The notes under the pieces were generated by a model. The model was not told the origin of the DNA. It did not search any database and saw only the letters and a program-made list of their open reading frames with translations. A stretch of 64,000 bases of DNA from Alphaproteobacteria bacterium. Its GTDB lineage: Bacteria; Pseudomonadota; Alphaproteobacteria; Rs-D84. The stretch covers positions 182,569-246,568 of the forward strand of contig JAWPOE010000004.1 in the NCBI GenBank assembly GCA_033345195.1. Reading direction: 5' to 3'. This document shows, piece after piece, positions 48,335 to 57,974 of the stretch. The position numbers and the translations under genes are program-made. Numbering within the stretch: position 1 is the stretch's first letter; the number at the start of each line of letters is the position of its first letter.

Positions 48335-49285
48335 ATGACAAAAACACAACCAAAAGTATCAATTATTATATGCAATCATAACTATTCCGCCTTTATTGGT
48401 GATGCCATAGAATCCGTAAAAAACCAAAGTTTAAAAAATTGGGAATGCATTATAATTGACGACGCATCAACCGACACATCTGTATCTGTAATAAAAAAAC
48501 ACATCGCGCGCGACAAACGCTTTCAATTGATACAGTTGCAAAAAAAATCTGGTGTATGTGTCGCACGAAACAGCGGATTAGATGTCGCAACCGGCGAATA
48601 TATCGCATTCTTGGATTCCGACGACTGTTTCACAGAATACGCACTGGAAATGCTGTTGCACATGGCACAAACAACGAATGCAGATATGGCTGGGGGTGCA
48701 ACAAATATTGTACCAAATACATTTAAATACATACCATCCAAACAACATTCTTGGAACGCGTCAATGATGGGCGCACGCAACAATCCAGCGGCATTCCTGC
48801 TGATGCCAAAAAGCCATAATTGGTGTTGGATTTGGCGACGCATATATAAACGCAGTCTGATTGGCGACACACGATTTAACACCAATTTTACCACATTTGG
48901 CGACGATTTAACGTTTATGTTGGATTTATGCTATCGCGCAAACTTTGTTGTCGAAACATCCAACATATCCGTTTATCATCGAATACATGGTGACGCAATT
49001 ACATCACGTGAATTTGGGCCACATTATTTTGATTGGTTCCCGACATACTTTGAACACATTGAAAAAAATTTATTAGATAAGTACGACAGTCATTTTTGGC
49101 GTGCCTTTTATCGAAACACATTCAGCTATATGCTATACGAAACAACATTTCGCCCAAAACACATGGGCAAATATGAAATTGCGGGACGTAACGCCTTGCT
49201 GGCGTCTGTACAGCATATTCCACGCCGATACTTAACAGCTAAACAGCGAATACTGTGCAAATTTTTAACATGGATAAAAAAATAG
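48335..49285 (+). CDS. Family 2 glycosyltransferase
   Basis: VSIIICNHNYSAFIGDAIESV..IIIDDASTDTS..AFLDSDD is the GT-A DxD architecture. Confidence 0.8.
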   Translation: MTKTQPKVSIIICNHNYSAFIGDAIESVKNQSLKNWECIIIDDASTDTSVSVIKKHIARDKRFQLIQLQKKSGVCVARNSGLDVATGEYIAFLDSDDCFTEYALEMLLHMAQTTNADMAGGATNIVPNTFKYIPSKQHSWNASMMGARNNPAAFLLMPKSHNWCWIWRRIYKRSLIGDTRFNTNFTTFGDDLTFMLDLCYRANFVVETSNISVYHRIHGDAITSREFGPHYFDWFPTYFEHIEKNLLDKYDSHFWRAFYRNTFSYMLYETTFRPKHMGKYEIAGRNALLASVQHIPRRYLTAKQRILCKFLTWIKK

Positions 49286-50223
49286 ACATTCTTTATGCAT
49301 TTGATACCAGATTCTGGAAACTGGCCACTGTTTCCATGTATTCTTTATTAAAACATCAATACCCAGATACAAAATGCACAATATACTGCATGGTTGCACC
49401 ACATACACATGGGAAACGTCAAATTAAGAAAATATTTCAACGTTTCCCCAACGCCAGATTAGTGTGGCGGACCATAAAAAAACATGAAAACCCATTCTTT
49501 GAATACGATTTTTCCAGATGGTCGCCCGTGATTTTTTACAGACTGTTTGCTGGACAAATATTTCCAGAAGTCGATAAATTATTATATCTGGATTCCGATA
49601 CACTGATTTGCGATGACCTGACAGAACTATATAACACAGATATATCTAAATACACCATGGGCGCGGTACAAGATATGGCACCACGCAAAGACCCGAACAA
49701 TAAAAACGGAATCTATGTCGCCAACTTTGCAAAGAAACACTTAAAAAACGGCCCTTATTTCAACAGTGGCGTATTGTTAATAAATACAAAAGAGCAAGCA
49801 AAAAACATAGACTTATTAAAAAATATTAAAGTAAAACTTACATATCCTGACCAAGACATACTAAATGTCGCATTACAAGGCAAAATCAAACCACTGGACT
49901 TAAAATACAACATGGTTCCAGGCCTACCAATTCCAATACACTTTACAGAACAACAATCCATTGACGCAACAAAAAACCCAGTCATACACCATTTCTATGC
50001 GGCAAAACCCTATCACTATCAACACGTTCCACGCGATGCATATTCCGCATTCTACAAGGCCACAACCGAAATCGGCATGCATCCAGACGATTTTTTAAAC
50101 CACGAAATAAAACATCTGCAACGCCGAAATAAACAATTAAACAAACCATCAAAAATACTGTCACCATTACGGGTATACAATAACAAAATCACCTTTTTCG
50201 GCATAACGATTGCCCGGCCATAA
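49270..50223 (+). CDS. Family 8 glycosyltransferase (LPS/LOS glycosyltransferase-like)
   Basis: IDILYAFDTRFWKLATVSMYSL..LLYLDSDTLICDDLTELY..YFNSGVLLIN GT8 motifs. Confidence 0.8.
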   Translation: MDKKIDILYAFDTRFWKLATVSMYSLLKHQYPDTKCTIYCMVAPHTHGKRQIKKIFQRFPNARLVWRTIKKHENPFFEYDFSRWSPVIFYRLFAGQIFPEVDKLLYLDSDTLICDDLTELYNTDISKYTMGAVQDMAPRKDPNNKNGIYVANFAKKHLKNGPYFNSGVLLINTKEQAKNIDLLKNIKVKLTYPDQDILNVALQGKIKPLDLKYNMVPGLPIPIHFTEQQSIDATKNPVIHHFYAAKPYHYQHVPRDAYSAFYKATTEIGMHPDDFLNHEIKHLQRRNKQLNKPSKILSPLRVYNNKITFFGITIARP

Positions 50224-50262
50224 AAACACCAAAAATCAAATAAATAATAAAAGTATATAAAT

Positions 50263-50985
50263 CTATTTATCAACATAAAAACATGCCAAGAATTCAATAT
50301 TCCCGCTGCCGCCACGTATCGGCGATTCCGTCACACCGCACAGACTAAAACCATACTTTTCAAAAGCCCCCACAACACGGCTAATCGACCATTCATGCCA
50401 TTCGTCAGACTTTATAACACCGTTATATTTCGACGCAACTTCCCGCGGGACTTCAAACTGCGGCTTTATCAGCGCAATCACGCTTTTTGCACCCCACCGT
50501 GGCAAGACATCTACAATATTCGTCAGTGACACAAACGAAACATCTATCACTATTAAATCAACCGACGCCAACGGGGGCAGGGTACGTATATCAGTCTGCT
50601 CCAACGACACAACGCGCGGATTTTCGCGCAACTCTGACACCAGCTGATTGGTACCAACATCAACCGCATAAACACGGGTCGCACCACGCTTTAACAAAAC
50701 ATCTGTAAAACCGCCCGTACTGGCACCAACATCTAAACACGTCATACCTGCTGGATTTATTTTGAAAGAATCCAACGCATGCTCTAACTTTAAACTGCCA
50801 CGGCCACTGGAATAGGGCAATTCACGCCCAACCAACACATCAGAATCAAGAATCGTCTGGCTTGGCTTCTTGGCAATTACACCGTTAACCGTCACCAGCC
50901 CAGCACCAATTGCTGCCACAGCCTTGGCACGACTGGGGTATATTTTTTGAAAAACCAATGCCTGATCTAATCTCATAACTAACAT
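50263..50985 (-). CDS. tlyA: TlyA-family rRNA 2'-O-methyltransferase (hemolysin A homologue)
   Basis: An N-terminal S4 domain and an FtsJ-like MTase domain (CLDVGASTGGFTDVLLKRGATRVYAVDVG). Confidence 0.85.
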   Translation of the reverse strand: MLVMRLDQALVFQKIYPSRAKAVAAIGAGLVTVNGVIAKKPSQTILDSDVLVGRELPYSSGRGSLKLEHALDSFKINPAGMTCLDVGASTGGFTDVLLKRGATRVYAVDVGTNQLVSELRENPRVVSLEQTDIRTLPPLASVDLIVIDVSFVSLTNIVDVLPRWGAKSVIALIKPQFEVPREVASKYNGVIKSDEWHEWSISRVVGAFEKYGFSLCGVTESPIRGGSGNIEFLACFYVDK

Positions 50986-51584
50986 AATACTGCATTAATA
51001 CACAAAAATCAACCGTCACGCAAACACCACCATAACATATACAGCAAAAACAAAACACAACTCTACAAAACAAAACCAATTTATTAATATCATACTCCAC
51101 CCCACCACACCATTTTTATGTAAAAAAACACCATTTTTATATAAAAACCACTCCAAAAACCGCAGAAATCCGGCATTTTTTGCATTTTTAACAGCCAAAA
51201 TAGGGCGTTTTTTTTACTTTTTTTACCACCACAACAAACATCTCAACAAATTATTAAAAAACAACTTTAACAGAACATTTTTTCTATCTGTTTTGACAAT
51301 TATATTAAAAAACACGCATATATACAAAAACACCATACAAAAGGGATTTTTACTACAAAAAAAGCCGCACAAAAAAAACGCGCATCAATAAAATTGCGCC
51401 AGCAAGACTAAAACCAAGCACAAACAAACAAGAACTGCATATTATGTATATGTTTTGGACTGCGCCAGCAAGACCAAACTATACATAATATACATTATGC
51501 GCCTTTTGTAATTCGCTATTTCCCAACAAAAAAAGCAGGACTTTTTCGCCCTGCTTTTTACAGAATTCAAAAACTTTGAAAGCA
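50986..51584. other. Unusually long (about 600 bp) CA-rich non-coding region with direct and inverted repeats
   Basis: No ORF longer than 60 aa with coding features. TGCGCCAGCAAGAC occurs twice (at about 51388 and 51453), an inverted repeat ATATTATGTAT / ATACATAATAT lies nearby, and there is a terminator AAAAAGCAGGACTTTTTCGCCCTGCTTTTT at about 51531-51560. Confidence 0.6.
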
Positions 51585-52175
51585 TTAACGCTTTGTCACT
51601 TTTTTGATTTTTTTAATCTTTTTTATCTGACCTAACGCACCATCTGCAACCCCAGATGCAAACTTAGTCACTTCCTTGATGCCTTTTTTCAAATCACTTT
51701 CCTGAATTGTGCCAGTTTCAACCGGTTCTACATCAGAACAACAAAACGGACATTTTGTCGCAGAATTACTAATATTTGATGTACAATACGGACAAGCACG
51801 TGTATTCGCAGGCTTTTTGTCGCGCATCTTGTTCATCGTGCGAACAAACAAGAATATCGCAAACATGGTTATAAAGAAGCTAACAACCGAATTCAAGAAC
51901 AGCCCCAAATTCAATGTTGTTGCCCCTGCCGCCTGTGCCTGAGCAATCGTTTCATATGTCGCGCCTGCTTCACCCCCGCCCAAGACAAAGAACCACTGCG
52001 AGAAATCGACACCGCCAATCAACAGCCCAATTGGTGGCATAATAACATCTTTTACCAACGAATTCACAACCCCTGTCATCACACTACCAACAATAATACC
52101 GACAGCCATATCGATTGCATTACCGCGCTGAACAAACGTACTAAATTCTTTTATCAGCCCTGCTTTTTTTGCCAT
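51585..52175 (-). CDS. mscL: Large-conductance mechanosensitive channel MscL with a 70-aa C-terminal extension containing a zinc-ribbon-like CxxC..CxxC motif
   Basis: The MscL core is MAKKAGLIKEFSTFVQRGNAIDMAVGIIVGSV..IMPPIGLLIGGVDF. It is followed by RACPYCTSNISNSATKCPFCCSD and a Lys-rich tail; 196 aa against about 136 typical. Confidence 0.85.
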   Translation of the reverse strand: MAKKAGLIKEFSTFVQRGNAIDMAVGIIVGSVMTGVVNSLVKDVIMPPIGLLIGGVDFSQWFFVLGGGEAGATYETIAQAQAAGATTLNLGLFLNSVVSFFITMFAIFLFVRTMNKMRDKKPANTRACPYCTSNISNSATKCPFCCSDVEPVETGTIQESDLKKGIKEVTKFASGVADGALGQIKKIKKIKKVTKR

Positions 52176-52178
52176 TTT

Positions 52179-52748
52179 TTACTCCTTTTCTTTATTATTA
52201 GAAAAATCCTCTATCGCATTCAAAACCTTGGTCAGGGTTTTTCGCAAATTTTCATCACGCGTCTGCACCGTTATATCTGCCAACGCATAGGTTTCATATC
52301 TTTCGTTTATTAACTGACCCAAAATCTTACGACTGTCTGCATTTAATAATTGCGGGCGCGTATCACGCGAATTTGTCCGCTTCACCAACAAATCCAAATC
52401 CGCACGCAGCCAAACAGACAGCGCACGCGCCAAAACCATTTCACGAACCGCAGGGGTTATAAAGGCCCCCTCGCCCGTTGAAATCACTTTTAATGCCGGA
52501 GGCGTATCCAACAAGCGTTCTATCACACGCTGTTCAACACGTCGAAATTCTTCTTCACCATACATTGAAAATATATCAACAACACTGCAACCGGCCGCCG
52601 CTTCTATTTCTTTATCAGAATCAACGAACGGTATCCCCAAGCGGCGCGCCAACGCACGGCCAACACTGGTCTTACCTGCCCCCATCAAACCAACCATCAC
52701 AATTGGTCTATCAATAAAATCTTCATATTCTTCGTTTAAATCACTCAT
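52179..52748 (-). CDS. aroK: Shikimate kinase
   Basis: IVMVGLMGAGKTSVGRALARRLGIPFVDSDKEIE P-loop and shikimate-binding motifs. Confidence 0.85.
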   Translation of the reverse strand: MSDLNEEYEDFIDRPIVMVGLMGAGKTSVGRALARRLGIPFVDSDKEIEAAAGCSVVDIFSMYGEEEFRRVEQRVIERLLDTPPALKVISTGEGAFITPAVREMVLARALSVWLRADLDLLVKRTNSRDTRPQLLNADSRKILGQLINERYETYALADITVQTRDENLRKTLTKVLNAIEDFSNNKEKE

Positions 52749-52847
52749 AATGACACTAATAATAACAAAAATCAGACCATAAACAATAAAAAAACTGGAC
52801 AAACATAAAAATCGACACTATAATTTTCCAAAAAAGGATTTTGTACA

Positions 52848-53606
52848 ATGCCAAACTATGGATTAAAAGATAAAGTTGTTATCATAACCGGCGCAACTGG
52901 CGGTATCGGGCGCGCCATTGCATCAGAATTCTACAATCTGGGCGCACAAACAGTCCTAACAGGACGCAACCACGAAAAATTATTCGCGATACGCGACGCA
53001 TTACACGCCGACCCAAAGAAAGGTCTAGAGCCACTATGTATACCATTGGATCTAACTGCAATCGAAGCAGAAGAAACACTGATACAAGAAACACAAAAAA
53101 ACTTTAACCGCATCGACGTATTAATAAACAACGCCGGGCGCGCAGATATACGCATGTTCTTAAAATCAGACCCTGTTTTTTTGCAAAATATAATACACCT
53201 TAATATGATCGTACCATATAATTTAAGCAGACTTGCCCTGCCCCACATGCTGCGCAACAAATACGGACGCATAATCAGCATGACATCAATTGCCGGCGCA
53301 ATGGGCGACGCTGCGATGTCCGCATACGCAGGCAGTAAAGGCGGAATGGCGGCATTCACAAAAGCAATTGCCGCAGAATACGGCCGTCGCGGCATTACAG
53401 CAAACTGTATTGCACCCGGTATTATAGATACAGAAATTTCACACACAATCCCAACACAACGTCGCAAAGAATTGCGCGACATTAATCCAATGCGTCGATT
53501 TGGCAAACCAGAAGAAGTCGCATACTTAGCAGCATTCCTGGCATCTGAACGCGCCGCCTATATAAACGGGCAACAGATCCACATAAATGGCGGAATCATT
53601 CGATAA
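52848..53606 (+). CDS. Short-chain dehydrogenase/reductase (FabG-like 3-oxoacyl-ACP reductase family)
   Basis: TGATGGIGRAIA Rossmann motif, the NNAG motif and the catalytic triad context (S..YAGSK). Confidence 0.85.
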   Translation: MPNYGLKDKVVIITGATGGIGRAIASEFYNLGAQTVLTGRNHEKLFAIRDALHADPKKGLEPLCIPLDLTAIEAEETLIQETQKNFNRIDVLINNAGRADIRMFLKSDPVFLQNIIHLNMIVPYNLSRLALPHMLRNKYGRIISMTSIAGAMGDAAMSAYAGSKGGMAAFTKAIAAEYGRRGITANCIAPGIIDTEISHTIPTQRRKELRDINPMRRFGKPEEVAYLAAFLASERAAYINGQQIHINGGIIR

Positions 53607-53607
53607 A

Positions 53608-53636
53608 TTAACCCCGGCACGCCGGGGTATTTTTAT
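53608..53636 (+). terminator. Terminator after the SDR gene
   Basis: ACCCCGGCACGCCGGGGTATTTTTATTT. Confidence 0.7.
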
Positions 53637-53698
53637 TTATTTTTAATAACGTCATTTTTATGTTATAATTACCACATAATATTTGAGAGAGGAAACAC

Positions 53699-54793
53699 AT
53701 GAAAACATATAAATTCGCAATCTTGCCATCAGCATTATTGCTTTGCAGCACTGCACACGCAGTTGCACCACACACATACGCAAATTCAATAACCGCACAC
53801 AATATTGCAGCATTGCAACACTCAATCACAAACACTGCAATACAATCATTTGACGGTTCAATATCATTGGCATTGCCACACAGACAATACAGCAACACAT
53901 CTATCATTCACGACAGCACGTCCGATCAATATGGTCGCGCCCCAATGTATGGCACAATGTCAATTTATGGCGAATACAACGACGACAGTCGCGCCGGCCG
54001 GAATGGTGGCGACACAGTAAACGCAGACGCTGCCCTAAACAGCATTTGGTTCAATTGGCAACACCTGGGCGATGACATAAACTTTGACAACTTCAAAAGT
54101 CTAAATTCAGAATTCAACACATTTATGATGGGACTGGCTGGCGGTCGCGCCAAAATGGGCAACGGTATCTCAGAATGGGGAATTTATGTTGGCTATGCCG
54201 GCGGCGACCACGAAAACAGCGACATAAAAATCGACAGCCACGGCGGATACTTTGGTGTCTATAACGGCTTTGACCTGGACAGATTCAGCATTTCAACAAC
54301 AATCAACGGTGGCGCATTCAGCAATTCTGCCGACACACTATTTGGCACAGACGACTATTCGAACTTCTGGGTCGGTGGCGCGATTAATGCAAAATACGAC
54401 ATGATACTGGACAGCCAAACCGCCCTGCGCACAGAATTGCACGCTGGATACACCTGGATACAATCCGAAGATTACACATCTGCATCTGGCGCAATAATCG
54501 ACAATGACGCATTCAGCATGTTCGAACTGACACCTGGGCTGCGCCTGATACGCCATATCGGCGCAGAATGGTACGGTTCACTAAATGCAAAATATATCAT
54601 ATTCTTTGCGAACGGTGGCGATATGACCGTAAATAATATAAAAGCGCCAGAATTAAACGAAACGAACTTTTTTGAATACAGCATAACACTTGAAAAGTCT
54701 GTATACAATCTTAACTTTTCTGCGAACATCGGTCGCCACGAAGGTCCACGCGACGGTTGGATTGGCGGGTTAAATATCAGATATATATTTTAA
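53699..54793 (+). CDS. Outer-membrane beta-barrel protein, autotransporter translocator-like domain (C-terminal ..RYIF)
   Basis: Signal peptide MKTYKFAILPSALLLCSTAHA, Gly/aromatic-rich alternating beta-strand pattern and a C-terminal aromatic residue. There is no obvious large passenger domain. Confidence 0.5.
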   Translation: MKTYKFAILPSALLLCSTAHAVAPHTYANSITAHNIAALQHSITNTAIQSFDGSISLALPHRQYSNTSIIHDSTSDQYGRAPMYGTMSIYGEYNDDSRAGRNGGDTVNADAALNSIWFNWQHLGDDINFDNFKSLNSEFNTFMMGLAGGRAKMGNGISEWGIYVGYAGGDHENSDIKIDSHGGYFGVYNGFDLDRFSISTTINGGAFSNSADTLFGTDDYSNFWVGGAINAKYDMILDSQTALRTELHAGYTWIQSEDYTSASGAIIDNDAFSMFELTPGLRLIRHIGAEWYGSLNAKYIIFFANGGDMTVNNIKAPELNETNFFEYSITLEKSVYNLNFSANIGRHEGPRDGWIGGLNIRYIF

Positions 54794-54797
54794 ACCA

Positions 54798-54835
54798 ACA
54801 AAAAAATCCCACAAACGTGGGATTTTTTTTTACTT
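54798..54835. terminator. Bidirectional terminator between the OMP gene and prfA
   Basis: AAAAAAATCCCACAAACGTGGGATTTTTTTTT. Confidence 0.75.
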
Positions 54836-55898
54836 ACTCCATATTTGCCAGTTGTTCTAACTGATCCGCCGCAATCAGCGCATCAATCATTTCATCCAAC
54901 CCTGCGCCACCAGCCAGAATATCATCTAACTTATACAAGGTCAGTTTTATACGATGATCTGTTACACGTTGTTCTGGGAAATTATATGTACGTATTTTTT
55001 CACTGCGGTCACCAGACCCAACCATAGATTTACGTGACGCATTACTGGCGTTCATCTGTTCTTCGCGCTGTTTTTCGTATAATTTAGAACGCAATACGGA
55101 CATGGCCGCAATTTTATTTTGCAACTGCGAACGTTCATTCTGACACGTCACAACTATTCCAGACGGAAAGTGAGTAATACGTATCGCACTATCTGTTTTA
55201 TTAACGTGCTGACCACCGGCGCCAGACGCACGGAAAATATCAATACGAATATCCTTATCTTCGATAACAACGTCTATTTCTTTTGCCTCTGGCATAACGG
55301 CGACAGATGCTGCACTGGTATGAATACGTCCGCCAGCCTCGGTCTCTGGCACGCGCTGAACACGATGAATACCTGATTCAAACTTCATACGACCATAGGC
55401 ACCTGCCCCATCAATCTTGAATACAATTTCCTTGTACCCACGCAGAGAGGTTGCATTTTCTTCGATAACTTCGACCTTCCACCCCTGACGCAACGCATAA
55501 GACTTATATTGATTATACAAATCACCCGCAAACAGTGCAGATTCTTCGCCACCAACACCGGCACGAATTTCCATAATAACACTGTTATCATCCGCATCAT
55601 CACGTGGCAATAACGCAATTTGCAAATTCTTTTCAATTTCCGGCAGTTTATGATTCAGTTCGTGCAATTGCTCGTTCGCGATTTCACGCAACTCTGCATC
55701 ATTTAACATTTCTTGGGCATCATTAATCCCAGCCACAGTTTGAAAGTATTCATTAATCAGCGGCAAAATTTCGTTCAGACGCGAATATTCTTTGGACAAC
55801 TTGGTCAATTCATCACCTGTTGCAGTCCCAGAATTCATTTGCGCCTCAACCTCTGCTGCGCGACTTTGAATATCTTTTAATTTCTGTTCGATAATCAT
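54834..55898 (-). CDS. prfA: Peptide chain release factor 1
   Basis: GGQ motif (SGAGGQHVNKTDSAIRITH) and an RF1-type region (RVQRVPETEAGGRIHTSAASVAVMPE). Confidence 0.95.
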   Translation of the reverse strand: MIIEQKLKDIQSRAAEVEAQMNSGTATGDELTKLSKEYSRLNEILPLINEYFQTVAGINDAQEMLNDAELREIANEQLHELNHKLPEIEKNLQIALLPRDDADDNSVIMEIRAGVGGEESALFAGDLYNQYKSYALRQGWKVEVIEENATSLRGYKEIVFKIDGAGAYGRMKFESGIHRVQRVPETEAGGRIHTSAASVAVMPEAKEIDVVIEDKDIRIDIFRASGAGGQHVNKTDSAIRITHFPSGIVVTCQNERSQLQNKIAAMSVLRSKLYEKQREEQMNASNASRKSMVGSGDRSEKIRTYNFPEQRVTDHRIKLTLYKLDDILAGGAGLDEMIDALIAADQLEQLANME

Positions 55899-55903
55899 TT
55901 TTA

Positions 55904-57205
55904 TTATGCCCCCAACACTAATTTTATTGCATCTTTAATCGGCACAACAACCTGATTGCCAGATGTCATGTCTTTCAATGCAATAACTTGATTTTCTTTC
56001 TCAGTTTCGCCAATTATCGCGCTGTATTTAGTTTTTATTTTATCGGCATACTCGATTTGATTTTTGAACTTTTTCCCCGCATCCAAATATGCCACAGATG
56101 ATATATTCGCATCACGAAACGCATTCAAAACAGAAACCGCATACGGCAAATTTTCATCCCCCATACACAGCACCACAACATCAACCGGCGATTCAAATTG
56201 CGACAAATCAATCGCCCCTGATTCCATTAATGCCACAAAGATACGCGAAAAGCCAATCGCCGCACCAACACCAATAATCTTGGTCTTGCTAAATTTTCCG
56301 GCCAAATCTGCATAACGACCACCACCGGCCGCCGTCCCCAGTTCCGGATAACACAGCAACTTAAATTCAAACACCAACCCCGTGTAATATGCCAAACCAC
56401 GCGTAATCGACAGGTCTATTTCCGCATTTTTTACCCCGAATAAATCCAACGTTTTCATAAAATCATTCAGTTCTGCAACCGCCAAATCCAACTTATCAGA
56501 CTTGTTTAAGAAATCAGAATAACCATTTACAAATACAGACTTAATTTGATTTTCTTTGTTTGTATCGTTTAATGTATCGGACAGACCTTCGGCAAAGTCA
56601 TCATCCCCCATTTTATCTTTTTTATCGATTAAAACGAAAACATCTTTTTTCTGCCCGTCCGTCATTTCCAAATAATCAAACAATGCATCCCAAAACGGCC
56701 GCGAACCAATACGAACTGCGTTTTCGCCAATAAATTCGGACACAGAGTTTAATGTCCGCTGAATCACAGAAATAATTTCCGCATCATAATTCGTTGACAA
56801 CGAATTAACGCCCATTATGTCCATGTCCATCTGATAAAATTCACGATAGCGACCACGTTGCGCACGTTCACCACGATAGCGTTTTGAAAATTGACTTGCA
56901 CGAAATGGAAACACCAAATCATTCAGGTGTCCCGCAACATATCGCGACAACCCAACCGTCCCATCATATCGCAACCCCATTTTGGTATCGCCTTTTTGAA
57001 ACAAGAACATTTGCGTTTCGATTTCATCCCAGTTATCTTTGTCGGTCAAAACCTCGGCCCGTTCAATGGCAGGCAAGTCCAAATAATTAAATCCAGCACT
57101 TTTTAATACACCCAACATACGCGCCGCGCAAAAGTCAAAGCAACGTTGCTCGGCCGGTAATAATTCTATAAAACCCGATAACGGTTTTGTTGGTTTTAAA
57201 TCCAT
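55904..57205 (-). CDS. hisS: Histidine--tRNA ligase (class II aaRS)
   Basis: Class II motif 2 region RYREFYQMDMDIMG and a C-terminal anticodon-binding domain; 433 aa. HisZ cannot be excluded without a homology search. Confidence 0.75.
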   Translation of the reverse strand: MDLKPTKPLSGFIELLPAEQRCFDFCAARMLGVLKSAGFNYLDLPAIERAEVLTDKDNWDEIETQMFLFQKGDTKMGLRYDGTVGLSRYVAGHLNDLVFPFRASQFSKRYRGERAQRGRYREFYQMDMDIMGVNSLSTNYDAEIISVIQRTLNSVSEFIGENAVRIGSRPFWDALFDYLEMTDGQKKDVFVLIDKKDKMGDDDFAEGLSDTLNDTNKENQIKSVFVNGYSDFLNKSDKLDLAVAELNDFMKTLDLFGVKNAEIDLSITRGLAYYTGLVFEFKLLCYPELGTAAGGGRYADLAGKFSKTKIIGVGAAIGFSRIFVALMESGAIDLSQFESPVDVVVLCMGDENLPYAVSVLNAFRDANISSVAYLDAGKKFKNQIEYADKIKTKYSAIIGETEKENQVIALKDMTSGNQVVVPIKDAIKLVLGA

Positions 57206-57566
57206 TTTTTATTCCTTATTTTATTTATGGAAAAACTTTATGCACATCGTGCACACATTATATCATATAAAAAGACAATACGCTAATATTCGCCCACGTG
57301 GGCGTGATGCAATTCGGCAAAAATAAACATTTTATTTTTCATCCCATTAATAATAGGACAAAAATATTTTTTTTCAAGCAAAAACAATAAAGAAACAGGA
57401 ATGCGAAATCAATTTGCAAACGCAGAAAGAAAAGCATTCTTATTTACGCATTCCACAAAAAGTCACATTCCTGTCGAATGTAATCAGCGTTATTTTCATC
57501 TGATTACATAACACAATATACCAAACCGCACCCATAATTGCCACAGGTACGTTTTCCCAACACACA

Positions 57567-57974
57567 TCATTCCGCCACACGATACACCACACCACCATAG
57601 CGAATATTTATCGCATTCTCAGATTTTCCTTGGGTTAAATTTGCATAACACACCTGACCATTATATCTGACATGCAATGCGGGGCTGGTATACTTTTCTG
57701 CATACAATGGCACTAACACACCATTTGAAGTTTTTAACACACTTATACCCGCCCCACATAATTCCAATATTTTTTCAACAATCCAACAAACACTGGCCGG
57801 ATCTGAATCTGTACAGGCTTCCGCACTTCCAACCGCCACGGTTCCCAACGGACATGTATCCGCCACACTAACATCCGGCACATCAACCAAAACATACCCC
57901 GCCGGACACGACGCCGCATTGACATGTGTCAGCACCCCCAAAAACAACAACACAACAATTAACCGCATTATCAA
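57567..57974 (-). CDS. Small secreted hypothetical protein (135 aa)
   Basis: Signal peptide MIMRLIVVLLFLGVLTHVNA and six Cys. Confidence 0.45.
   Translation of the reverse strand: MIMRLIVVLLFLGVLTHVNAASCPAGYVLVDVPDVSVADTCPLGTVAVGSAEACTDSDPASVCWIVEKILELCGAGISVLKTSNGVLVPLYAEKYTSPALHVRYNGQVCYANLTQGKSENAINIRYGGVVYRVAE

Noticed and set aside
52931-53506. 191-aa minus-strand ORF
   Set aside because: Entirely inside, and antisense to, the strongly supported SDR gene.
57290-57310. Palindrome CGCCCACGTGGGCG upstream of hisS
   Set aside because: It could be an operator or a weak terminator, but it stands alone and lacks a flanking T-run or a partner half-site, so there is not enough to call a feature.
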